Made by a program: the position numbers and the translations under genes. From Squalus acanthias (Eukaryota), in assembly GCA_030390025.1 (NCBI GenBank), contig JASTWF010000034.1, positions 3,720,001 to 3,784,000 on the forward strand: a stretch of 64,000 bases of DNA. Reading direction: 5' to 3'. Under the pieces are notes generated by a model. It was not told the DNA's origin. It worked only from the letters and a program-made list of their open reading frames with translations, and searched no databases. How positions within the stretch are numbered: position 1 is the stretch's first letter; each line of letters starts with the position of its first letter. Of this stretch, positions 50,095-61,489 are shown piece by piece.

Positions 50095-51156
50095 AGGACA
50101 TAGGAAGAGGAGTCGGCCATTCAGCCCCTCGAGCCTGTTGCCCCATTCAATGCGATCATTGACTGATCTGCGATCTAACTCCATAAACCCACCTTTGGCC
50201 CATATCCCTTCATACCTTTGGTTAACAAAAAGCAATAAATCTCCGATTTAAAATTAACAATTTATCTCGCATCCACTTCCGTTTGTGGAAGAGAGTTCCA
50301 AATTTCTACCACTTTGTGTGTCGAAGTGTTTCCTAATTTCACTCCTGAAAGGACTGCCTCTAATTCTTAGACTGTGCCTCCAGTCCTAGTATCCCCACCA
50401 ATGGAAATAGTTTCTCACTATCTACTCTATCTGTTCCCCTTAATATCCTGAAAACTTAGCTCAGATCACCCCTTAACCTTCTAAATTCTAGGGAATAGAA
50501 CCCTAATTTGTGTAATCTCTCCTCGTAACTTAACCCTTGAAGTCTGGGTATCATTCTGGTAAACCTGCGCTGCACTCCCTCCAAGGCCAATATATCCTTC
50601 CTAAGGTGTGGGGCCCAGAACTGCTCACAGTACTCCAGGTGTGGTCTAACCAGGGTTTTGTATAGCTGCAGAATAACTTCTACCTCTTGTAATCTAGTCC
50701 TTTAGATATAAAGAGCAGCATTCCATGAGCCTTTTTGATTATTTTCTGTACCTGTCCATGACATTTTAATGATCTGTGTACCTGGACATGCCAAGTCTCT
50801 TTGGACATCCACTCTTTTTAGCTTTTCACCATTTAGAAAGTAACCTGTTCTATCCTTTTAGGGTCCAAAGTGATTGACCTCACATTTGCCTACATTGAAA
50901 TCCATTTGCCATAGTTTTGCCCATTCCCTTAATCTGTCAATATCCCTTTGTAATTTTATGGTTTCATCTACACTGCCTTCAATGCTGCCTATCTTTGTGT
51001 CATCGGCACATTTGGGTATATGACTTTCTATGACATCACCTAAGTCATTAATAAATATTGTGAATAGCTGAGGCCCCAAAACACAGCCCTGCCGGACACC
51101 AGGAGTCACATCCTGCCAATTTGAGTACCTACCCATTATCCCTACGCTGTATCCTG
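50095..51156 (-). mobile_element. CR1 RT 3' fragment (mirror of 21,723-22,790)
   Basis: GVRQGCVLGP...ADDTK ORF 50858-51136. Confidence 0.88.
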
Positions 51157-51457
51157 ACGCTTTATAAAGGGTTATAAAGGATTATGCTGGATTATAAATT
51201 ATTATAAATGAATATAAAGTATCATATTGATATATAAAGGTTGATAATAGAATATAAAGTGTTATGATGAATTGTTAAGGAATATAAAGTGTTATAATGA
51301 TTGACAAAGGATTATAAAGGGATTTGAATGGGGTACAAAGTGATGCAAAATATGATAAAGGGACAGTGACCCTTTATAAATCATTATAATCCTCAATAAC
51401 CCATTATACACCTTTTGTAAATGATTATTAAGGATTCTAACGTTATAAAGAGTTATA

Positions 51458-52945
51458 AGGCTCCCACTACACTGTCCCATCAAACAGTCCCAATGCAGGT
51501 ACAGCATTTGTTAGATACTTAGTAAAGATCCCTCTGCACTGTCCCATCAAACACTCGCAGGTTAGGTACAGCATGGGTTAGATATAGAGTAAAGCGCACA
51601 ATACACTGCCCGTTTTTGCACTCCCAGGGCAGGTACAGCAAAGTTCAGATACAGAGTAAAGATCCCTCTACACAACCCCATCAAACACTCCCAGGGCAGG
51701 TACAGCAAGGTTTAGATACAGAGTAAAGCTTCCTCTACATTGTCCCAACACACACTCCCAGGGCAGGTACAGCAAGGTTTAGATACAGAGTAAAGCTCCC
51801 TCTTCACTGTCCCATCAAACACTCGCAGGGCAGGTAGTGCACGGGTTAGATACAGAGTAAAGCTGCCTTTACAAAGACCCATCAAATACTCCCAGGCCAG
51901 GTACAGCACGGGTTAGATGCAGATTTAAGATAGTTCTACAGAATCCCATCATACAATCCCAGGGTAGGTACAGCACAGGTTAGATACCGAATAAAGCTCC
52001 CTCTATACTATCCCATCAAACACTGCCAGGTCAGCTACAGCTCAGGTAAGATTCAGAGTAAAGTTTCCTCTACACTGACCTATCAAACTTTCTCAGGCAG
52101 GTACAGCCTGCGTTAGATACCGAATAAAGCTCCCTCATCACTGTCGCATTAAATACTCACAGGGCAGGTATTGCACGGGTTAGGTACAGAGTAAAGCTCC
52201 ATCTTCACTGTCCCATCTAACACTCGCAAGGCAAGTCGTGCATGGGTTAGGTACAGAGTAAAGCTCCCTTTACACTGTCCTATCAAAAAGTGCCAGGGCA
52301 GTTACAGAACAGTTTAGATGTAGAGTAAAGCTTGCTGGACACTGACATCAAACATTTCCAGGGCAGGTACAGCCCGGGTTGGATACAGATTAAAGCTTCC
52401 TTTAAATTGTGCCATAAAACAGCCCCATGGCAGGTAAAGCACTTTTTTGAAAGAGTAAAGCTCCCTCATCACTGTCGCATTAAATACTCGCAGGGCAGGT
52501 AGTGCACGGGTTAGGTACAGAGTAAAGCTCCCTCTACAAAGACCTATCGAACACTCCCAGGGCAGGTACAGCACAGGGATTGATGCAAAGTAAAGCTTCC
52601 TCTACACTGTCCCATCAAATGTTCACAGGAAGATACAGCCCAGGTTAGATACAGAGTGAAGCTCCCTCTACACTGTCCCATCAAACACTCCCAGGGCAGA
52701 TACAGCACGGGTTAGATAGAGAGTAAAGCTCCCTCTACAAATACCCGTCAAACACTCCCAGGGCAGATATAGCACGGGTTAGATACAGAGTAAAGCTCCC
52801 TCGACAAATACCCATCAAACACTCCCAGGGCAGATACAGCACGGGTTAGATACAGAGTAAAGCTCCCTCTACAAATACCCATCAAACAATCCCAGGGCAG
52901 ATACAGCACGGGTTAGATACAGAGTAAAGCTCCCTCTACCCTGTT
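51458..52945 (-). repeat. 67-bp satellite array (~22 units)
   Basis: Period of 67 (gagtaaagct at 52,721 and 52,788). Confidence 0.93.
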
Positions 52946-55809
52946 CCATCAAATTAGAGAGATGAATGCGTAACTCAAAGACTGGTATGGGTGAAATTAT
53001 TTTCGCTTCCTGGGGCACTTCCACCAGTACTGGTGAAAGTGGGATCTGTACCGTTGGGTTGGTCTTCACCTGAACCGTGCTGGGACCAGTGTTCTGGCGA
53101 GTCATATAACTAGGGCGGTAGAGAGGGCTTTCAACTAAATATTGGGGGCCAGGGATTACATCTGGGAAGATGTGGTCATTCAAAGAGTAGAAACAAGACA
53201 AGAGAGAAAGGTATTAATATGGGAAATGATAAACAGACCGTGACGGGAAGGGATAGAGAGTACAAATCTAAGAGTAAATCAACAGATAAGGCTAAATGTT
53301 ACAAAATAATAAAAGGACAAAACTAAAGGCTCTGTATTTGAATGCACGAAGCATTCGAAACAAAACAGATGAACTGATGGCGCAAATAGAATTAAAGAAG
53401 TACAATCTGATAGCCATTACAGAGACATGGCTGCAGGATGACAAACATTGGGACCTGAATATTGAAGGGTACATGATATTTAGGAAAATGTGGAGGGGTG
53501 GCTCTGTAAATTAATAATGGTGTTAGCGCAATAGAGGGATGACTTAAGTTCAGGAAACAAGGATGTAGAAGCGGTTTGTGTAGAGATGAGAAATGATGAA
53601 GGCAAGAAGTCACTTGTGGAAGTGGTTACAGGCCCCCTAACAGTAACCACACGTTAGGATGGAGTATCAAGGAAGAAATAATGGGAGCTTGTCAGAAAGG
53701 TACGCCAATAATCATGGGGGATTTTAATCTACATATAGATGGAAAAATCAGATGGGCAAAGGTAGCCTAGATGAGGAGTTCATAGAATGTTTTTGGGACA
53801 GTTTCTTAGAACAGCACGTTCTGGAGCCAACCAGAGAGCAGGCTATAGTAGACCTGGTATTGTGAAACAAGATCAGATTAATTAATGACCACATAGTGAA
53901 GGTGCCCCTAGGTCGCAGCTATCATAATATTATTGAATTTTACATTCAGTTGAGGGAGAGAAGATTTGGTCCAAGACTAGTTTTTTTCAACTTAAATAAG
54001 GGCAATTATGATGGCATGATAGCAGAGCTAGCTAAAGTGAACTGGCAAACTAGAGTAAGCGATAGGTCAATAGAGCTGCAGTGGCAGACATTTAATGGGA
54101 TATTTCAGAATACACAGAATAGATCCATTCCAACGAGAAAGAAAAATTCCAAGGGGAGGACCCACCATCCGTGGTTAACTAAAAAAGTTAAAGATAGTAT
54201 CAAACTTAAAGAAAAAGCATATAATTGTGAAAAGATGGGTGGCAGGTCAGAAGATTGGACAGAATATAAACAAACAGCAAAGAATTACTAAAAGATTAAT
54301 AAGGAGAGAAAAATGAGAGTACGAGAGAAAGCTCGCTAGAAATATAAAAACAGATAGTAAGAGTTTCTATAGATATTCTAAAAAGAAAAGAGTTAACAAA
54401 GGGAGCGTTGGTCCTATAAAAAGTGAGTCTGGGGAATTAATAATGGAAATAAGGAGATGGCAGTTGAATTGAACAGGTATTTTGCATCGGTCTTCACTAT
54501 AGAGGATACAAGTAACATCCCAGAAACAGCTGTAAATCAGGAAATGGAAGGGAGGGGGGAAGTCAAGAAAATTACAATCACCAGGGGAGTAGTACTGAGG
54601 AAATTGTTGGAGCTGCGGGCTGACAAGTCCCCGGGTCCTGATGGACTTCATCCTAGGGTCTTAAAAGAAGTAGCTAGTGAGATAGTTGATGCGTTGGTTT
54701 TAATTTTCCAAAATTCCCTAGATTCGGGGAAGGTTCCATTAGATTAGAAAATAGCGATTGTAACTCCTTTATTCAAAAAGGGAGGGAGACAGAAAGCAGG
54801 AAACTACAGGCCAGTTAGCTTAACACCTGTCGTAGGGAAGATGTAAGAAACTATTATTAAAGACGTTATAGCAGGGCACTTGTAAAAGTTCAAGGTAATC
54901 AGGCAGAGTCAGCATGGTGTTGTGAAAGGGAAATCATGTTTAACCAATTTATTGGAGTTCTTTGAGGGAGTAACATGTGCTGTGGATAAAGGGGAACCGG
55001 TGGATGTACTGTACTTAGATTTCCAGAAGGCATTTGATATGGTGCCACATCAAAGGTTATTTCGGAAAATAAAAGCTCATGGTGTAGGGGGTAACATATT
55101 GGCATGGATAGAAGATTTGCTAGCTAACTCCAAACAGAGTGTAGGCATAAATGGGTAATTTTCTGGTTAGCAAATGTAATGTGTAGTGTGCCACAGGGAT
55201 AATGCTGGGGCCTCAACTTTTTACAATTTATATAAATGACTTGGATGAAGGGACCGAAGGTATGGTTGCTAAATTTGCTGATGACAAAAAGATAGGTAGG
55301 AAAGTAAATTGTGAAGAGGACATATGGAGGCTACAAAGGTATATAAATAGGTTAAGTGAGTGGGCAAAGATCTGGCAAATAGAGTATAATGTGTGAAAAT
55401 GTGCAATTGTACATTTGGGCAGGAAAAAAAAAATAAGCATATTATCTAAATGGTGAGAGATTGCAGAGCTTTGAGATGCAGAGGGTTCTGGGTGTCCTAG
55501 TGCATGAATCGCAAAAGGTTAGTATGCAGGTACAGCAAGTAATTAGGAAAGCTAATAGAATGTTAACGTTTATTGCGAGGGGAATTGAATACAAAAGTAG
55601 GGAGTTTATGCTTCAGTTATAGAGGGCATTGGTGAGACCACATCTGGAGTACTGAGTACAGTATTAGTCTCCTTATTTAAGGAAGGATGTAAATGCGTTG
55701 GAAGTAGTTCAGAGAAACATAGAAACATAGAAAATAGGTACAGGAGTAGACCATTCGGTCCTTCGAGCCTGCACCGCCATTCAATGCGTTCATGGCTGAA
55801 CATGCTACC

Positions 55810-58746
55810 TCAGTACCCCATTCCTGCTTTCTCGCCATACCCCTTGATCCCCTTAGTTGTGAGTGTTATATCTAACTCCCTTTTGAATATATTTAGCGAA
55901 CTGGCCTCAACAACCTTCTGTGGAAGAGAATTCCATAGATTCACCACTCTCTGGGTGAAGAAGTTCCTCCTCAGCTCAGTCCTAAATGGCTTCCCCTTAA
56001 TCCTTAGACTGTGACCCCTGGTTCTAGTTTTCCCTACCATTGGGAACATTCTGCCCGCATCTAATTTGTCTAAACCAGTCAGGATTTTAAATGTCTCTAT
56101 AAGATCCCCCCTCATTCTTCTGAACTCCAGAGGATACAAGTTCAGTTGACCCAATCTTTCTTGATATGTCAGTCCGGCCATCCCAGGAATCAATCTAGTG
56201 AACCTTCGCTGCACTCCCTCAATAGCAAGAATGTCCTTCCTTAAGTTAGGAGACCAAAACTGCGCACAATACTCCAGGTGTGGCCTCACCAAGGCCCTGT
56301 ACAACTGTAGCATCACCTCCCTACTCCTGTACTCAAATCCCCTTGCTATGAAGGCCATCATTCCGTTTGCTTTCTTGACTGCCTGCTGCACTTGCATTCC
56401 CACCTTCAGTGACTGATGTAGCATGACGCCCAGGTCTCGTTGCACGTCCCCTTTCCCTAATCTGCCACCATTCAGGTAATAGTCCGCCTCTCTATTTTTA
56501 CCACCAAAGTGGATAACCTCACATTTATCCACATTGTACTTCATCTGCCATATATTTGCCCATTCACCCAACCTATCCAAGTCACTCTGTAGCCTCCTAG
56601 CATCTTCCTCATTGTTCACACTGCCTCCCAATTTAGTGTCATCCGCAAATTTGGAGATATTACATTTAATCCCTTCGTCCAAATCATTAATATATAATGT
56701 AAACAGCTGGGGTCCCAGCACCGAACCCTGCGGTACCCCGCTGGTCACTGCCTGCCATTCTGAAAAGTACCCATTTACTCCTACTCTTTGTTTCCTGTGT
56801 GCCAACCAGTTCTCAATCCACGTCAACACATTACCCCCAATCCCATGTGCTTTAACTTTGCTCACCAATCTCTTGTGTGGGACCTTGTCGAAGGCCTTCT
56901 GAAAGTCCAAATACACCACATCTACTGGTTCCCCCCTGTCCACCCTATTGGAAACATCCTCAAAAAATTCCAGAAGATTTGTCAAGCATGATTTCCCTTT
57001 CACGAATCCATGCTGACTTGGACCTATCATGTCGCCACTTTCCAAATGGTCTGTTATGACATCTTTAATAATTGCTTCCATCATTTTACCCACGACCGAT
57101 GTCAGGCTGACCGGTCTATAATTCCCTGCTTTCTCCCTCCCTCCTTTTTTAAAAAGAGGGGTTACATTGGCCACCCTCCACTCCATCGGAACTGATCCAG
57201 AGTCTAAGGAATGTTGGAAAATGATCGTCAATGCATCCACTATTTCCAAGGCCACCTCCTTAAGTACTCTGGGATGCAGACCATCAGGCCCCGGGGATTT
57301 TTCAGCCTTCAGTCCCATCAATTTCCCCAATATATTTTCCCGACTAATAAGGATTTCCCTCAGCTCCTCCCTCTTACCAGATCCTCTGACCCCTTTTATT
57401 TCCGGCAGGTTGTGTGTGTCCTCCACAGTAAACACCGAACCAAAGTACTTGTTCAATTGATCTGCCATTTCCTTGTTCCCCATTAAGACTTCCCCTGTTT
57501 CCGACTGCAGGGGACCTACGTTTGTTTTTACTAACCTCTTTCTTTTTACATATTTATAGAAGCTTTTGCAGTCCATTTTAATGTTCTCTGCAAGCTTCCT
57601 TTCATATTTTATTTTCCCTGCCCTAATCAAACCCTTCGTCCTCCTCTGCTGAGTTTTGAAGTTCTCCCAGTCCCCGGGTTTGCTGCTACTTCTGGCCAAT
57701 TTGTATGCAACTTCCTTGGTTTTAATACTATCCCTGATTTCCCTTGTTAGCCATGGTTGAGCCACCTTCCCTTTTTTATTTTTACGCCAGACCGGGATGT
57801 ACAATTGTTGTAGTTCATCCATGCGATCTCTAAATGTCTGCCATTGCCCTTCCACTGATAGCCCCTTAAATAGCGCTTGCCAATTTAACCTCGCCAATTC
57901 ACGCCTCATACCCTCAAAGTTGCCCTTATTTAAGTTCTGGACCATGGTCTCTGACTTAACTGTTTCCTTCTCCATCCTAATGTAGAACTCCACCATACTA
58001 TGGTCACTCTTCCCCAGGGGGCCTCGTACCACAAGATTGCTGATTAGTCCCTCCTCATTACACAACACCCAGTCCAGGATGGCCTCCCCTCGAGTTGGTT
58101 CCTCAACATATTGGTTTAGGAAACCATCCCTTAAACACTCCAGGAAATCCTCCTCCACCGTATTGCTTCCAGTTTGAGTAGCCCAATCTATATGCATATT
58201 AAAGTCACCCATGATAACTGCCGTGCCTTTTTTGCACGCACCTCTGATTTCCTGTTTCATACCCTCCCCCACCTCACTACTGCTGTTTGGAGGTCTGTAC
58301 ACAACTCCCACTAACGTTTTCTGCCCTTTGGTGTTCTGCAGCTCAACCCATATTGATTCCACATCCTCCAAGCTGATGTCCTTCCTAGCTATTGCATTAA
58401 TCTCCTCTTTAACCAGCAATGCTACCCCACCCCCTTTTCCTTTTATTCTATCCTTTCTGAATGTTGAATACCCCTGGATGTTCAGTTCCCAGCCTTGATT
58501 GTTCTGGAGCCACGTCTCTGTAATCCCAATCACATCGTATCCGTTAACATCTATTTGCACAGTCAATTCATCCACCTTATTACGGATACTCCTTGCATTA
58601 AGACACAGAGCCTTTAGGTTTGTTTTATTAACATCCTTTGTCCTTTTAGACTTATGATTTAGTATGGCCCTTTGTGTTTCTTGCCTTTGTTTACTCGGCC
58701 TTCCCCTATTGTTTCTCACCCTTCTAACATTTGTTTCTGACTGCAT
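55810..58746 (-). CDS. CR1 ORF2: APE endonuclease + reverse transcriptase, 978 aa
   Basis: LNARS, ITETW, YRPP, GDFN, SDH (APE); YLDFQKAFD, GVPQGSVLGP, FADD (RT). No stops. Confidence 0.96.
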   Translation of the reverse strand: MQSETNVRRVRNNRGRPSKQRQETQRAILNHKSKRTKDVNKTNLKALCLNARSIRNKVDELTVQIDVNGYDVIGITETWLQNNQGWELNIQGYSTFRKDRIKGKGGGVALLVKEEINAIARKDISLEDVESIWVELQNTKGQKTLVGVVYRPPNSSSEVGEGMKQEIRGACKKGTAVIMGDFNMHIDWATQTGSNTVEEDFLECLRDGFLNQYVEEPTRGEAILDWVLCNEEGLISNLVVRGPLGKSDHSMVEFYIRMEKETVKSETMVQNLNKGNFEGMRRELARLNWQALFKGLSVEGQWQTFRDRMDELQQLYIPVWRKNKKGKVAQPWLTREIRDSIKTKEVAYKLARSSSKPGDWENFKTQQRRTKGLIRAGKIKYERKLAENIKMDCKSFYKYVKRKRLVKTNVGPLQSETGEVLMGNKEMADQLNKYFGSVFTVEDTHNLPEIKGVRGSGKREELREILISRENILGKLMGLKAEKSPGPDGLHPRVLKEVALEIVDALTIIFQHSLDSGSVPMEWRVANVTPLFKKGGREKAGNYRPVSLTSVVGKMMEAIIKDVITDHLESGDMIGPSQHGFVKGKSCLTNLLEFFEDVSNRVDRGEPVDVVYLDFQKAFDKVPHKRLVSKVKAHGIGGNVLTWIENWLAHRKQRVGVNGYFSEWQAVTSGVPQGSVLGPQLFTLYINDLDEGIKCNISKFADDTKLGGSVNNEEDARRLQSDLDRLGEWANIWQMKYNVDKCEVIHFGGKNREADYYLNGGRLGKGDVQRDLGVMLHQSLKVGMQVQQAVKKANGMMAFIARGFEYRSREVMLQLYRALVRPHLEYCAQFWSPNLRKDILAIEGVQRRFTRLIPGMAGLTYQERLGQLNLYPLEFRRMRGDLIETFKILTGLDKLDAGRMFPMVGKTRTRGHSLRIKGKPFRTELRRNFFTQRVVNLWNSLPQKVVEASSLNIFKRELDITLTTKGIKGYGEKAGMGY

Positions 58747-58793
58747 ATTACTTCCCCCTGTTTCGCTACATAGGTTCCCATTCCCCTGCCATA

Positions 58794-59738
58794 TTAGTTT
58801 AAATCCTCCCGAACTGCTTTAGCAAATATTACCCCGAGGACATCGGTTCCAGTCCTGCCCAAGTGCAGACCGTCCCTTTTGTACAGGTCCCACTTCCCCC
58901 AGAACTGGTTCCAATGCCTCAGGAATTTGAATCCCTCCCTCCTGCACCACTGCTCAAGCCACGTATTCAATCTCACTATCCTGTTCTCTCTATTCTGATT
59001 AGCACGTGGCCCTGGTAGCAATCCAGAGATTACTACCTTAGAGGTCCTACTTTTTAATTTAGCTCCTAGCTCCCTAAATTCTGCTTGTAGGACCTCTTCC
59101 CGCTTTTTACCTATATCGTTGGTACCTACATGCACCACGACAGCTGGCTGTTCACCCTCCCTCTTCAGAATGTTCTGCAGCCGCTCCGAGACATCCTTGA
59201 CCCTTGCACCAGGGAGGCAACATACCATCCTGGAATCTCGGTTGCGGCCACAGAAACTCCTGTCTATTCCCCTTACAATTGAGTCCCCTATCACTATAGC
59301 CCTACCACTCTTTTTCCCGCCCTGCTGTGCAGCAGAGCCAGCCATGGTGCCATGAACCTGGCTGCTAGTGCCTTCCCCTGGTAGGCCATCTCCCCCAACA
59401 GTATCCAAAGCGGCATACCTGTTTTGGAGGGAGATGACCACAGGGGACTCCTGCACTACCTTCCTGATATTGCCCTGCTTCTTGGTCACCCATTCACTGT
59501 CTGTCCTCGCCTTTACCTGCGGTGTGGACAACTCACTAAATGAGCGATTCACCGAGTTCTCGGCATCGTGCATGCTCCAGAGTGAGTCCACCCGCAGCTC
59601 CAGCACCGCCATGCGGGCTGTCAGGAGCTGCAGCTGGACACACTTCCCGCACACGTAGTTGTCAGGGACACTGGAAGTGTCCCTGGTTTCCCACATGGCA
59701 CAGGAGGAGCATGAAACGGGTCCGAGACTTCCTGTCAT
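58794..59738 (-). CDS. CR1 ORF1: N-terminal CxxC..CxxC zinc motif / leucine-zipper-like region + SGNH esterase domain, 314 aa
   Basis: CSSC...CGKC, heptad-like L/M spacing, IGDSIVRG, HVGTNDIG and DGLH motifs. Confidence 0.93.
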   Translation of the reverse strand: MTGSLGPVSCSSCAMWETRDTSSVPDNYVCGKCVQLQLLTARMAVLELRVDSLWSMHDAENSVNRSFSELSTPQVKARTDSEWVTKKQGNIRKVVQESPVVISLQNRYAALDTVGGDGLPGEGTSSQVHGTMAGSAAQQGGKKSGRAIVIGDSIVRGIDRSFCGRNRDSRMVCCLPGARVKDVSERLQNILKREGEQPAVVVHVGTNDIGKKREEVLQAEFRELGAKLKSRTSKVVISGLLPGPRANQNRENRIVRLNTWLEQWCRREGFKFLRHWNQFWGKWDLYKRDGLHLGRTGTDVLGVIFAKAVREDLN

Positions 59739-60724
59739 GACTTAACCCTTATGTTACTTTATTACTAAAATGTAAACTTATTTAACTTAGGTCCAGGAGT
59801 TAAGTCCCTGAAAACAAAATATAAAATCGAACCTACCTTTTAAATTCCCTCTACCCCTAAAGGTTAGAGGAGGTGGGAGGGTGGGAGTCACTACGAGTGC
59901 AGTGTCTCGGGTTTAGCAACCGCTCCACCTATATACGGGTACCAATGAATTGGCCCCGCCCCCTGCCTTTGAAAAAGCCCGCGAAGCTCTTTCCCCGCTG
60001 GGGAAAAAGACCACGTCGGTGAGTTTAATGACTCACCTCAGGCCTCTGCCGCTCCAACCAGGTCCGCCCCGCCTTCCCCGCTGCCGACCGCTCTGTGGGA
60101 GAGAGAAAGAAAGAAAGGCTCCTCCTCCCCCGCTGTCGACGCTGGTCTGAGAAGGTTTACTTGACTAATACCTGGAATGGGCGGGTTGTCTTATGAGGAA
60201 AGGTTGGGCAGGCTAGGCTTGTATCCACTGGAGTTTAGAAGAGTAAGAGGTGACTTGATTGAAACCTATAAGATCCTGAGGGGTCTTGACAGGGTGGATG
60301 CGGAGAGGATGTTTCCTCTTGTGAGAGAATCTAGAACGAGGGGTCACTGTTTAAAAATAATGGAGCGCCCATTTTAGACAGAGATGAGGAGAATGTTTTT
60401 TCTCAGAGGGTCGTGAGTCTTTGGAACTCTCTTCCTCAGAGGGCGGTGGAAGCAGAGTCTTTGAATATTTTTAAGGCGGACGTAGATAGATTCTTGATAA
60501 GCAAGGGGGTGAAAGGTTATCGGGGGTTGGACGGGAATGTGGAGTAATCAGATCAGCCATGATCTTATTGAATGGCGGAACAGGCTTGAGGGACCGAATG
60601 GCTGACTCCTGCTCCTAATTCGTATGTTCGTTATGTACCTGCCCCGGGGGGATTGGGAGGGGCTTGGCCGCTTCAACATTTTTCCAGGCTGCTCTTTGAC
60701 TGATTGGCTCCCTGCTCCTGTGTG

Positions 60725-61171
60725 ATGTCACTTGGAAACAGGGCCTCGCCCCTGGTTACGGCCCATCAGTGGGATGTCAGTGTGGGAGGAGCTGGAGTGA
60801 CAGCTGACACTGGCGGTGAGTTCAGTCCCAATAAACAGGACAAAGGGCTGAAAGGAACAATTTAATATTAATGTAAGTAATTCAAATACACATTAATTGC
60901 AAATATAATGAAATTAGATACAATCCCAGTCACAAAAACAGCCCCACTGTATTCCAGGTACTGGATCTGGGATTAATATGAATCATTTTACTGTTGACAG
61001 TCTCTGGGAGTGAGCAATATCTCAGGAAGGTGGAGAGAGAGAAGTCGAATCATCGCCTCACTGACTGGGACTGGAGAAATGTCGCTGTGTTCACAGAGCA
61101 GATCTGGTGGGATCGAGAACCCCAGTGTCGGAGACGGGATAAAACGGGAAGCTTCAACAATGATTGGAAAG
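60725..61171 (+). other. Two-exon cassette, copy 4 (exon A 60,725-60,815; exon B 61,001-61,171, 171 nt)
   Basis: CG|GTGAGT donor, ttttactgttgacag acceptor, AAAG|GTGAGG donor. CCAAT (attgg) box upstream. Confidence 0.55.
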
Positions 61172-61489
61172 GTGAGGAACTTTACTGAGAATCCCATCAG
61201 TCCAGGATTTTGCTGAGGTGAGAGTCTAACCAGATACTGGGAGCTGTTCAACATCTGCCATCAGGCTTGGCCTTTGATGCGGCAAGTTGAGCGGAGCTTA
61301 ACTCGGAGATAAACCTTGCCCGTACCTCACCCGGGAGTGTTTGACACTTACATGTAGAGGGATCTTTATTCTGTATTCATCCCATGCTGTACCTGAGCTG
61401 GTTGTGCTTCATTGGGTAGTGTCAAGGGAGCTGTACGCTGCATTGAACATGTGACGTATCAGAGTTGGTTGTGTTGATGAACTAAATTG

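Larger units (their letters stand above)
55717..60148 (-). mobile_element. Apparently full-length, intact CR1 LINE (4,432 bp)
   Basis: Two uninterrupted ORFs, a GC-rich 5' UTR and a (tttctatg)n tail. TSD gagaa at 55,712-55,716 and 60,149-60,153. The empty site is visible in the left arm at ~15,865-15,875. Confidence 0.96.
52946..60634 (+). mobile_element. Decayed CR1 (mirror of 15,386-18,640), split at 55,716/60,149 by a younger CR1
   Basis: LNARSIRNK...AITETWL, YLDFQKAFD and FADD fragments before the insert; the RT C-terminus resumes at 60,149. Confidence 0.9.
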
